A stretch of 64,000 bases of DNA, from the NCBI GenBank assembly GCA_002269645.1, contig NIVC01000121.1, forward strand, positions 472,293 to 536,292, read 5' to 3'. The notes beneath the pieces are model-generated. The model was not told the origin of the DNA. It saw only the letters and a list, made by a program, of their open reading frames with translations, and searched no databases. Shown here in pieces: positions 42,935 through 53,675 of the stretch. Position 1 is the stretch's first letter; each line of letters starts with the position of its first letter. The translations under genes and the position numbers were made by a program. This DNA comes from Macrostomum lignano. Lineage: Eukaryota.

Positions 42935-44766
42935 TCAAGGAAAATAGATGCCGAACGCTTCAAACTCGCAAATGCAAAGCGCATCGTTCAGGTTATTCTC
43001 AATCCGAATTCTGCTGCCAGCGCCCAGCCAGGAGAAGTTGCCAACTGAGAATGGTGTCGATCGGCTTACCTGGGCGCATACGGCATCGTTCACCAACAAG
43101 GAGAAGTTGTTAAGCCGCTCGACACAGCAATCCTGGCGGTTGTACAGGACCACGTGCGTGACAATTGACGGTTGAAGCAATTCAGCCTCCCACCATTGAT
43201 TGGGAAATTGGTCCGTGTGCGTGCAGGATCCTGCAGAATAACTTGGATTATTGTTTCCATCAATAGCTCGACTACAAACTCCAGAGTATAGCACTGAGCT
43301 CTGACTGCAGTTGGAGATGGAGAGCTGCCGTACTGTCCAGTCTGAAATAATTGATATTCCGGGATAGTTAGAAATCTTCCTGATCTGACAATCTGCTAGC
43401 TACTACTTCCAGTAGCATAACAATCCAGAAATAAGCAAACATTTTTGGGCTATTTTCTGCTCGGACATGGCTCATCATGGTGCCATCAAGACACGCACCA
43501 GGGTCAACCTTGTCTAGAGGGTTACAAGTATATCCAGCTATGTCATTATGTGAATAGATAATCAAGAGCTACACTATTACTGTATATGCGAATACGTGCG
43601 ACTGCTTCCCATGCTTGGACATTCTGTTTCTCAAACTTAGCAGATCTTGTCTCTGTGCCATTCTTAGCAGATCTTCTCAATCTGCTCGGTTCTTGCAGGA
43701 TCTTCTAAGATGGGAGGTACATTTTTTCGTTATTCATTTGGCTAAAGTGTTCTAACTGAACTATATTTTATTTTATGACAAAATAGGACAATAAATAAAA
43801 AAATATGCGATTCGAAGCTATAAAAGGATATAAAAGCTAAGATCTTGTACGATGTAGCAAGTCGCCCAGACCTGGTAAGTTTACCTAAGTATTATTATAG
43901 CAAAGATCTTGCACGTTCTTGCAAGTACTTGCGCAGCAACCCAAGAAGATAGACAAGATCTGCTAAGAATCAACAAGTCAATGTCTTCTAGGGGATCTGT
44001 GCACATTTCTGTCTCCCATCCCCCTTGCCATTAATAATCCTTATTGCTGAAATGAGCCTGATAAAACGTCTATAAAACAAACGCTATACTGTTTCAGCAC
44101 TGGCCACCGCGAAACAAATGGAAAGAGCCCATGCAGTACTGCTTTATATATAATTAATAGAGATAGTTTTTCAGCTCCTACTGTTAGATAGGGGATACTG
44201 GACAGATAGGGGATTGAGGAAAAAGCTACAAAAACAAATTTAAAAAGCTCTTGCGTCTCTGCGGAAAAGACATGCTAGCTATGCATGCACATTGAACCTT
44301 GAGACTCTTGTGTGTCTATTTTAAATTCCTTATAAGGGCCACTCTAAGCACACTTCAGGCAACCGCAACAACCTTTTGTGATCATATAATGCGATCATCA
44401 CATGGTGTACCTCTGGCAATCATGCAGGTTTAAAGAAGCTGATTGATACTTACTGCCATCAATCACGAAGACGTCAAACTGCTGCTCCGATCCGGCGGAT
44501 GTCCACGAGCTCTTCCAGTAGAAGGCGGTCGCGTTGAACAGTCCGCAGGGTCCCGCCTTGTTCTGCACCGAGTAGAATCCGAAGCACTCGGCTATTTGAG
44601 AGCACAGCTAAGAGCAGTGACGCTGGTTGAAGCTTTGAGCGACTTCAAACGCGACTGGGAGAGTTCGCTTGACTGCGTCACCGAGCTGCAGCTCGAATCT
44701 GGCCGCGCTGCTCACCAGAGCAGAAGACATGAGCACTGCCGATAGGAAGCTGAGAATCCGGCTCAT
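42935..44766 (-). pseudogene. PAN + F-type lectin copy 6: PAN exon has a premature TAG; FTP exon is intact but the most divergent
   Basis: PAN exon 44766-44454 reads ...CACTGCTCT TAG CTGTGC (paralogues have CAG) at 44610-44608; donor A|GTAAGT. FTP exon 43341-42935 (TTTCAG|) is open with H-x26-RQDCCVER. Confidence 0.8.
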
Positions 44767-44903
44767 TGCTAGGTTACAATTAGAAGTTTGAAACGGAGCT
44801 ATTGACTTGCAGGCCACAGCGAATTATTCTATTTTTTCAGTTTATCGCATCCGTATATCAGACAACATTTATCCGTTTTGGGATGTACGCAAATCTCTTT
44901 TCG

Positions 44904-44917
44904 CTACCATGGAAACT
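44904..44917 (-). promoter_or_regulatory. RFX X-box-like motif upstream of lectin copy 6
   Basis: GTTTCCATGGTAGC on the minus strand, 1 mismatch, 138 bp before the ATG. Confidence 0.55.
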
Positions 44918-45499
44918 GAGGACCATGCAAAAAATAAAGGCTTCCTTCCCACTGCTATTTCTATTGGTTTGCGGTGACTAAATAAGTAGATATTTCTCTG
45001 ACTTGCTGAGCCCTTCTTCCCGCAAGGTACTGTACATGGGTCACGGAGTTGTATTGACATTGTACGTGTTACGACAAATTTTCTCATTAAAATTTTGTGG
45101 CTAAAAGCAATTTAATTCCGCTTGAGGCTGATCTGCGTTAAAAATTTGAGTTGGGGTTGCACTCCTCTGCCAATAATTTTTTCATTGGAGCAGTTAATAC
45201 TCCATTTTACAGAGCATTTATATACTGAATTGTAGGCTATCAGATACTTTATTCTCCCAGGATAGAGTATATGCTTGAGCAATTAAAATGCATCTGCTGT
45301 CTGTTTTTTTCTCGCTAGTATTGCATATTAGAGTCGTTAGTAATGCAGCTGTCGCATCTGTCACAACTGAAAAATGTAAAATGTATAGCTGCCAGGCTTT
45401 TGCCTCTCGCAAATAAGCATATGGTCGGAAAATCGTAATGAGTTTCTATCACCTAACTCAAGGTCAGGTGTCTTGGATTATACTTTATTGACACCCCGT

Positions 45500-46020
45500 T
45501 GGAGCTCAGCGAGTGCGGCCTTGCACCTTGTTAAGAGCTTCAATAACCCCTTTTCCAAATAAAAACGGCAGGGAAGATGGCTGGTCTCACAATGGCAAGT
45601 GTAAATCCATCAAATCAGGGGGTGAGGCCCCAGGTGGCACCGAAAGCTCTGTGGATCTGCACTAGAGTCACGAAAGCTTTGCGGGCTTAGTTTGGACATG
45701 TGGGGTCCAGCGCAACCTAATGGTCAATGGTGACGCCCAGACATCTGGTTTGTTTCTCTATGTCAACGGGTTTGCCTCAGATGGAGAGCGGTTCCATCCT
45801 CTAGTATCATTAGCTGGTGAGCATGATAGCCACGGTTTAGACTCGAGCAGGGAGCGTGAGACCGCAGCTGAGTGCCCAGCGTTCGGCAAGGTGGATGAAC
45901 CGAGGGTGATGGTCCACGTGTAGCCGATTTCCTGAACCGGATCCGGAAGCGGGCTGCTGAGCAACTCGTTCATGACCAAGTTCCAGAGAATCGGGCTGAA
46001 GGGCCAGATTTGGCTTTCCT
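45500..46020 (-). mobile_element. Degraded non-LTR reverse-transcriptase fragment
   Basis: PFSPILWNLVMNELL...IGY and LGVTID correspond to RT domains 4-7; frameshifted. Confidence 0.65.
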
Positions 46021-46639
46021 GGTTTCAAATTTTAAGTCGCGTCTTGATAAGCGGCCAGCTCAGCTAGGTCGAGAGACATTCCAAAAATTTTTTTCTCATT
46101 TCTGGACTGCATGCATGCTACTGGGAGTAGAACCTTTGCAGATTTTGAGATCAGGACGACTGCAACTATTCTGGAATATCATTGCAAGTATTTGACAATT
46201 TGCAGTCAAGCCATCGATGAAAACAAATGTTTCTATTTGTTTAAGTTTTCTAAATCGAAAGTGCACTGCTGGATAAAAAGCACAAGCGATATTAGTGATA
46301 AACAGGAATATTGGCAACATCAGCAACTCGTTTGCTAGGAGCTAAATCCTTTTTCAATTCGGATTGGAAATGTGTATTCTTCGGAAACAGAAAAGGTTTT
46401 CTGCACACAAAATGTGTCAAACATTTTTCAGAAAAAGTTCCAATTTGTCGAAATGGTGGAATTACGAAGTACTTATATCAATAATTGCCTACTCGGAATG
46501 TCAACTACTCGTAGTTCAGCTCAGCGAAAAGTTTGATTACTTAATTAAAGTTTAGCTCAAAGTCTGAATTCGTATCGTAATCGATCATTGCCTTGTCACT
46601 TACTCGCTCATTAACACACTCACTGAATCACTCAACCAG

Positions 46640-49600
46640 TCAAGGAAGGTAATTCCCGTATGCCTCGAACTCGCACAGCGTGAGAGCATCGCTACGGCGA
46701 CTCTGGACTCGAATGCTGGATCCGGCCATCTGGCAGGTGAAGTTGCCAACAGAGAATGGCACCGACACGTTGACACTGCGGCACTGGACGCCGTCCACAA
46801 GCAGCTCAAAGTTGCTCAACCGATGTGAGGCGTTCTGCCTGTTGTAGATGACTACGTGAGAAACAATGGACTGCCGCAGAAGCTGGGCCTCCCACCACTG
46901 GTTCGGGATTCCTCCTTCAGTATGGGTGCATGAGCCAGAGCTCCATGCTTGGTTGGTGTTGTTATCGATAGCTCTGGTGCAGACGCCGCCGAAAGCAACG
47001 GAACTCTGGGTGCAGCTCGTCAAGCTCAGCTTCTGCTCGTCTGTAAAAGAATGGCATCATATACATTTTAGAGCACTGCACCGATTACATATTTCATGCC
47101 TAGCCAACCCTAACGAGCCAGTTGCATCCGAAGCGCCTAGCACTGTAAGGGCGCTACGTGAGAAGCTTCAGAGCCTAGGGCTTTCAACACAAGGCAGAAA
47201 ATGTGAACTTTTAATGCGGCTGAGGGCGCACCTCGAGGGCATCGCCTCCGATCTTGAGAATGCAGACGACGAGGACGAGGAGCAAGATGAAGCTGCCACA
47301 GTGACGACGCGTGAAAGAAGAAACGGCGCTACGGCGGAGAGGCAACTGCCTTTTATCGCGAACGAGTCGGTACAACATGGTCAAGAGTCTGACGCGGCTG
47401 GCGGCCTGGACGACGAGCTGGTGGAGGCTGAGAAGCAGCTCCGACTGCTAAAGCTACGCAAGGAGGCCGCTCTGCTTCAGGCGGAAGTCAGCCAACTTCA
47501 GCGAAGGCCTGCGACGTCAAAGAATCCCGGTGAGTTGCTCATTAACCTGTGGTCCGACGATGAAGATGCTGCCCAGCAAGAGCCCAGTCGGTCTGTAGGC
47601 AAGGTGTACCGAATCCCTGAGTTTATTAACAAGCGAAAGCAGCAGGAGGCAGGAGTGACTCAGTCCATTGACAAATCAGGGAGAGTCACCTTCAGAGTGA
47701 AGGAAGCTGTTGTTGACTCGCTGACGTTTGGAGACTGGATCTCGGCGAATGCTCGAATCATGCTGAAGTTGCTGGATGATGGCAGGTTGGTGAAGAGCGG
47801 GCTGGGCGGCCAGCCTGATGTGTCAGAGTTGCGAGACTACCTGCGTTACACTGCGCGCATTGGCGAGCTGTTTGACCTCGGGTTCGACAAGGCTCGAGTC
47901 ATGAGGTTTGATGACGAGTGCAGACTGAGTGAAGATGGTGAGACGTCATGGGAGTCGCGCGGATCTGACCTTGGCCGAGTTGCCACCTATCTGATGGCCC
48001 CACAGAGTGCACCGACTGCCAGAGTTGACCGGGGGCCAAGACAAAGCCTGCAGCCACCCTGCTTTGATTTCAACAAGGAATCTGGATGCTCAAGGCGGAA
48101 CTGCCGTTTCGCTCATCGGTGCCGGCGTTGTGGACTTGGCCACTCAGCGGCGATGGCGCACAGGGATGACGGTGCTGAGGTCAGCAGGCCTCTGCATTGA
48201 CTGCGCGTTGATCCTGTTTTAACTTCCTCTGTTTTATCAACTGACCTAAAGCTGGAGGCATGGATGGAAGAGTTGGAGTCGATTGATCTGCCGCTGGACA
48301 GAAAGCAGTTTATTCTTGATGGGTGTGTCTGAGGGATTTCGGATTACGAATGTGCAGCGAGAAAACCTGAAGTCTGTCGAGGTCAGCAACTACGAGTCTG
48401 TGAATCTTTACGCTGAAGCTGTTCAAATGCAAATTCTGAGAGAAATTCGCCTTGACCGCTACCGTCGGTGCTCGGATGGGTGGCGGCCTCGGATTGTGAG
48501 TGCGCTGGGTGCCCTGCCGAAGGATGACGGTCGGGTACGCCTAATTCACGATTGCAGTCGGCCGGACAATCTGTCGGTGAACGCGCACTGGGAGAGCAAT
48601 GAAAAGTTGCGGTTTTCAAGCGCTGAAAACTTCGCAAGGAAGTTAACGAGAGGCTGCTACATTACTAAAGTTGACCTGAGTGAAGCATACCGCGCATGTG
48701 GAGTGCACCCAGGAGACTTCGTCAACACCGGCCTCAAGTTCAAATTTCCTGGCTGCGCCACTCCCACCTACATGTTTGATACGCGACTGCCGTTCGGGGC
48801 GGCAGCCTCGGTCACGTGCTTCCAACGCCTGAGCAATGCGATTCATCTGATGATGGTGCGTAGAGGCTTCATCAACACCGAGTCTTACCTGGACGACTTT
48901 GCCTACTGCGGGACGCAGGAGAACTGCCAGCGCTTCTACGTCGATCTTATTGACTTGCTGACTCGGCTGGGCTTCACCGTCAATCCGGCCAAGTGCCAGC
49001 TGCCGGCGCAGCGGATGTCATTCCTTGGAATTGAGTTCGACACTGTGGAAGGAATCAAGAAGCTGCCGGATGAGAAGGCAAGGAAGTTGATCAACCTGCT
49101 TGGTGTCGAGTCAGCCAAGGTGAGGCTTAGTCAGCGGGCCCTCCAACAGGTCATTGGCAAGTTGGGGTGGGCAGCGCAGGTCATCAGTTGCGGAAGGACC
49201 TTCTTGCGTGAGCTGATTGAGCGGTGCAACATCTTACGGCGTGGACAGCGAACGCTGGTCGACTCCGGGTTACGCAGTCAGCTGAACTGGTGGAAGGTGG
49301 CGTTGCAGGCGTGCCGATGGGTGCAGCTGTGGCCGAGCTACGATCGAGTTGTGGCGATGGAATCCGATGCGTGCGGCAGAGGTGGTGCGGCGCTGCTGCG
49401 TGACCAGGATGGTCTGGTTGACTGGTGCTACCTGGACTGGGAGAAGGATGCAGGATCTGTCTTCGCTGACCTGCCGATCAACTACAAGGAAGCGTTGGCC
49501 CCTCTGCTGGCAGTGATGAGGTGGAGGGATGTGCTCAAAGGTTGCAAGGTGAGCATCTACTGTGACAACCAGACGGCCTGTCACATCATCAACAAAGGCG

Positions 49601-52600
49601 TTTCAAAGTGTCCTGCGTTGCAGCGGCTGCTGCAGACTGTGGCTCTGATGTGTTTGCGTTTTGGAATGAGCATTCGCGCGTTTCATGTGCCTGGTGATTT
49701 TCAAATTTTTGCTGACGCTGCCTCGCGGTTGCACGAGCGAGGCCAGCTGTTAAACTTTTTACTCCGCTGTTATGGTTTTATTTGTCCTAGCATTCTACAA
49801 TCACTGCATCAGCATGCTTTTGGCTTGGCGACCGCCTCCTTTCTTCATTTTCAGGCCGCCCAGCTGCGTCAGACTCTCTTAGCAGCCGCGCTACATCGCT
49901 GCTGAGCGCTGCGTACGCACCGCGGTCGGCGCAGGCAGTCAACAGACACATCCGTGAGTGGCAGGAGTTCTGCCGCCATACCGGCTGCGATCCAGTGTCC
50001 TGCAACGTCACGAGCCTGCTGAACTATTTGGCCAGTCTGATCGGCACACGGCTACATGCCTACAGCAGCATCTCGGCAGTCTGCAGCTCTCTGTCGCTCT
50101 GGTTTCGAATAAACTCGTCGCCGGACCTGACTAAGCACGCTTCAGCGGTTCTTCTCCTACGCGGCGCTAAACGGGTCCTCGGACTGCGCGTGAACCGAAA
50201 GCGGCCTGTGTCACCTACAATGCTGACAGAGATGCGACGACTAGTTGACGAGACCGACAGGCTGCAGCTGGCCTGCTGGGCTGCGACCATCTGCTGCTGG
50301 TGGGGAATGTTGCGAAAGTCCAGCTTTCTGCCACGAACTGGCAAAGGCCCGGCCCTTTCCCGGCGCGCCGACCTGCTTCAGCATCCGAAGGGTCTGGTGT
50401 TGCGCTGCGAGTTCGGCAAGACCATCCAGTTTAAGGAGCGCAGTCACCGGGTACTGCTGCCGAGATTGGCGCGGCAGCCAGCCCTGTGCCCTGTGAGCGC
50501 AGTCGAGTGACACATCCGCGCCAACGGGTTGAAGTCAGCAGAGTCACCGCTCTGGTCCTACGCCGACAGAAGTGGCGGCTTGCGCCTGCTGACTGGGAGG
50601 CACCTGGACTGCTTCCTCCGTGACAAGTTTGCCGCAGCCGGCGTTCGACCAGGATCTTACTCCGCGCACAGTCTGCGACGAGGAGGAGCTACCTGGGCGT
50701 CTGTGCTAGGCCTCCCAGTGTCTGATATCATGCGCATTGGTGACTGGAGAAGTGAGGCTGTGCAGCGTTATCTCCCCCAGTTTCACCAGGCAGCGGAGGC
50801 TGCTGTGACTTTTGCCGGTGGTGTCTCTGCTTTGTTTTAGCTCCTCGCCTTCTGCTTTTGTTCGCTTGCTTGCTTTGGGTTTGGAGGTCGCTTTTTCGCT
50901 GTGCGCCTCCCGCGCGTTGCTCGCCTTGCTCGCCAATTGTCTCTGTGTCTCTTTGTGTCCGGGCTGGTCACTAAACGAGACCCTAGCTTATAGAGTTTTA
51001 TGGCCAAGTGTTTGAGTGAAGGACAACTTAATCACTCAGAAGACTCGCAATTAATTGTGAACAAAGTTTGAGGCTCGTTTAAAAGCATTCTTCTATGGCC
51101 AAGCCTAAGATAAGGCTAACCACGAATGTAGCATGCAACATGTACCACAGACACAAACTATCACTGACTACAAGGTAGAAACTATCCAAGTAATGTTTTT
51201 TCGAGGATTAAGTTATTAATAGCTGGCCTCTAGCGTCTGTAGTTTCCCGTCCCAAGTATAGCTTTTTGCAATTGAATTCCGCCAAACTGCAAAACCTTTC
51301 AGCCAATGGAGATTTTTCCTTCACTTCGGTGGCTTCTACCATAGACTATTTAGGACACACCGGCTAGCTTTCCCGCTCCTGTAAATGATTTCAGCCAAAC
51401 TGAAAAACCTTTCAGCCAAGACTTTCAGTCAGTGCTTTTCTCACGCAGCTAACCGGTGTGTCCTAAATAGTCTATGGTAGAAACAGCTGAAGTGAAGGCA
51501 AAATCTCCATTGGCTGAAAGGTTTTACAATTTGGCTGAATTCAATCGCAAAAAGCTATATTGAATACTCCATGGTTTGAGTTGACTATGGAAGGTAAGTC
51601 ATTAGACAACTTAATTTATCATGCTGTTATGGAACCACGGGCCAGTAGACAAGGTACGACTTGAGCTTGTATTTACAGAAAGAGCTTTCATTTACATAAA
51701 AACAGGGCATTAATGAATTATATTTTTAAGTCAAATTGAAAGCATCAAAATTTACAAAATTTCAACACTTTACGATAACTGATGTCGCTGCAAACACAAT
51801 CCAAACAATCGGTTGGAGCGCATCTCCAGCCAGCGCAATTGTTAGCAGTGATTGCCCTGCCAACAGGTTCGGTGACGCCTCTCTCTCGAATAACATGAAT
51901 CTCAACTGCTCAAGTGTCACTCCTTTTACTGAAACTTGCTCATCCTCAGCCAATTCGCTTCTGTCCCGATAGTACTCTTGGAGTTACAGTGAAAATTAGG
52001 CCCATTCATAAAAATTACCCAGTTTCCGTTAGTGGCCAGTTGATGGCAGCGATCTGCTGGGTGATCTAAAAATGCCTAAAACCTGTTCTGCGTTTTGCCA
52101 CCTCTCTGGATGGCAGAATGCACCAACCCAAATTCCGACGAACTTGCCATGCAAACCGTAACGAAAGGACCCTCTGGGTTGTCACTGTGCGCTTTAATGA
52201 AGAGAAAAAAGAGAAGAGATGCCGAACTTTTCTGGAGAGAAGCAATGGTCAGAGCGTTTGACAATTGCCGTTTCTTAGTTGGCGAAATATACTTTGTGTA
52301 CCTCAAGACTACTCGGTCTTTAATGACCATCAATACATTGGATGTCGCCGATCGCATTACCTCGGTTCAATAGATTCATGACAACAGTGTTAACACAGAC
52401 GCAATGATTTGTGTACTTGCGTGATGGATTCACCCTCCTAGAAATCCGAGCCATCATGCCATGCCGTTCAGGTGATATTACCTAGAACTTGCGTTGTACT
52501 TTACCACTGCTCCAAAGAGAATTTTGCTTCACGAGACGAGACAACAAGCTTAAATAATGGCGCACCGCAGCTAAAGGCATACAATCTTAATCTGCTTTCC

Positions 52601-53551
52601 GGTGCATAGGTTGTTACCGTTGGTTTACTTCTCTTTACCTGACATGACCAAGTGGACGCAGTCCGTTCCAACCTTCTCGGAAAAGACAATAGCGTCCTTC
52701 ATCATCTGGTGGAGCCACTCACGCCCTCTAAATCCAGAATGCGTACATAACGTGCAGAAAACTTCGTCGTGTAGTTTCACAGGCGTAGTTCAATCATAAT
52801 ACGCTCCGAGCTTCATAGCAACCTCTTCAGTGATTGCCTGAAAAAGCCGCTCAGCTTACCAATGCATCTGTTTCGTTTCACAGACGCGATAAGAGCAGCT
52901 TTATAGGTTTTTTCAAACTTCTGAAATACGACATTGACAATCACTTCCTAATTCCTCACTTCTTTGAAGTGACGGTGTAGACTGGTAAGAAAGCCGTCTG
53001 CTCTAGGCAAGGATGCAAACCACATGCGCATATACTCTATAAGTTACCTGTGCGGCATGCTGTCAATACAATCAGGAAGATTCTCCGAGCGTAAAAATGT
53101 CATCTGTGGGCAATTCTCATAGATCCTTGGCGTTTACTACCCGGGCACTCAAGTACTGTGCCCGTTGAAGACAATTGCATACGCTACTGAGGGGCTGAGA
53201 TCCATTTAGGTCAGTGATGAGCACGAGCCGACACTTACCGACATCAACCAGGAAGACGTCAAACTGCTCGTCCGATCCGGCGGCTTTCCACGAGCTCTTC
53301 CAGTAGAAGGCGGTCGCGTTAAACAGTCCGCAGGGTCCCGCCTTGTTCTGCACCGAGTAGAATCCGAAGCACTCGGCTATTTGTGAGCACAGCTGAGAGC
53401 AGTGACGCTGGTTGAAGCTGTGCGCGACTTCAAACGCGACTGGGAGAGTTCGGTTGACTGCGGCACCGAGCTGCAGCTCGAATCTGGCCGCGCTGCTCAC
53501 CAGAGCAGAAGACATGAGCACTGCCGATAGGAAGCTGAGAATCCGACTCAT
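46640..53551 (-). CDS. Secreted PAN + F-type lectin, copy 7 (237 aa), with a 6.2-kb intron and an altered sugar-binding motif
   Basis: Exons 53551-53239 (G|GTAAGT) and 47040-46640 (TTTTACAG|); phase 1; in frame. Both intron ends (47041-47105 and 53150-53238) are homologous to the short introns of copies 4 and 5. The motif reads H-x27-RQNASHR. Confidence 0.85.
47106..48200 (+). CDS. Gag-like ORF1 of the YR retrotransposon (SAP domain + Cys/His finger), 5' end truncated or non-ATG
   Basis: TVRALREKLQSLGLSTQGRKCELLMRL fits the SAP pattern; C-terminal CCCH/CCHC-like finger. Confidence 0.75.
   Translation, partial: NPNEPVASEAPSTVRALREKLQSLGLSTQGRKCELLMRLRAHLEGIASDLENADDEDEEQDEAATVTTRERRNGATAERQLPFIANESVQHGQESDAAGGLDDELVEAEKQLRLLKLRKEAALLQAEVSQLQRRPATSKNPGELLINLWSDDEDAAQQEPSRSVGKVYRIPEFINKRKQQEAGVTQSIDKSGRVTFRVKEAVVDSLTFGDWISANARIMLKLLDDGRLVKSGLGGQPDVSELRDYLRYTARIGELFDLGFDKARVMRFDDECRLSEDGETSWESRGSDLGRVATYLMAPQSAPTARVDRGPRQSLQPPCFDFNKESGCSRRNCRFAHRCRRCGLGHSAAMAHRDDGAEVSRPLH
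48201..49905 (+). CDS. Reverse transcriptase-RNase H ORF of the YR retrotransposon (one +1 frameshift near 48321)
   Basis: The N-terminal STDLKLEAWMEEL...FILDG is in the gag frame; VSEGFRI onward is in the +1 frame. Catalytic motifs are intact. Confidence 0.88.
49863..50840 (+). CDS. Tyrosine recombinase ORF (overlaps the RT ORF end; one in-frame TGA at 50508)
   Basis: AAYAPRS...WQEFC...LLNYLA N-terminal part; catalytic R, K, HxxR, W and Y all present; the two supplied ORFs are in the same frame, 18 nt apart. Confidence 0.88.
51257..51559. mobile_element. MITE of about 300 bp with ~110-bp TIRs, flanked by TA
   Basis: TA|TAGCTTTTTGCAATTGAATTC...CCATAGACTATTTAGGACACACCGG is mirrored by CCGGTGTGTCCTAAATAGTCTATGG...GAATTCAATCGCAAAAAGCTA|TA. 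Confidence 0.85.
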
Positions 53552-53661
53552 TGCTAGGTTACAATTAGAATTTTGAGGCAGCTATTGACTTGCAGATGAG
53601 AACGAATTCTGTTTTGCAGTTTTCTCACATGCGTATATCAGACAACATTTATCCGTTTTTC

Positions 53662-53675
53662 GTTACCATGGAAAC
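53662..53675. promoter_or_regulatory. Perfect RFX X-box upstream of lectin copy 7
   Basis: GTTACCATGGAAAC is a full match to GTHNYYATRRNAAC in both orientations, 111 bp before the ATG at 53551. Confidence 0.65.

Larger units (their letters stand above)
47106..51010 (+). mobile_element. Tyrosine-recombinase retrotransposon (DIRS order, Ngaro-like: gag, RT-RNase H, YR; no methyltransferase seen), antisense in the lectin copy 7 intron
   Basis: ORF1 has a SAP-like N-terminus and a C-terminal CFDFNKE..C....C...H.C..CG..H finger. RT motifs: VDLSEAY, RLPFG, YLDDF. RNase H motifs: SDACG, INYKE, CDNQ, HVPG...ADAASR. YR motifs: LRKS, GKT, HSLRRGGAT, GDW, RY. Lesions: an extra G at 48321-48323 and an in-frame TGA at 50508-50510. 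The right boundary is approximate. Confidence 0.9.

Noticed and set aside
43368-43565. Alternative signal-peptide exon (MFAYFWIVMLLEVVAS) just upstream of FTP6
   Set aside because: Hydrophobic, but it ends in a stop before the acceptor and has no good GT donor in phase 1.
46866-47105. N-terminal 80 aa of the 444-aa ORF as part of gag
   Set aside because: It is the antisense of the lectin copy 7 exon and host intron; the element begins at about 47106.
50508-50510. Selenocysteine or programmed readthrough in the YR ORF
   Set aside because: It lies at a non-catalytic position and is most simply a CGA>TGA transition; no SECIS recognised.
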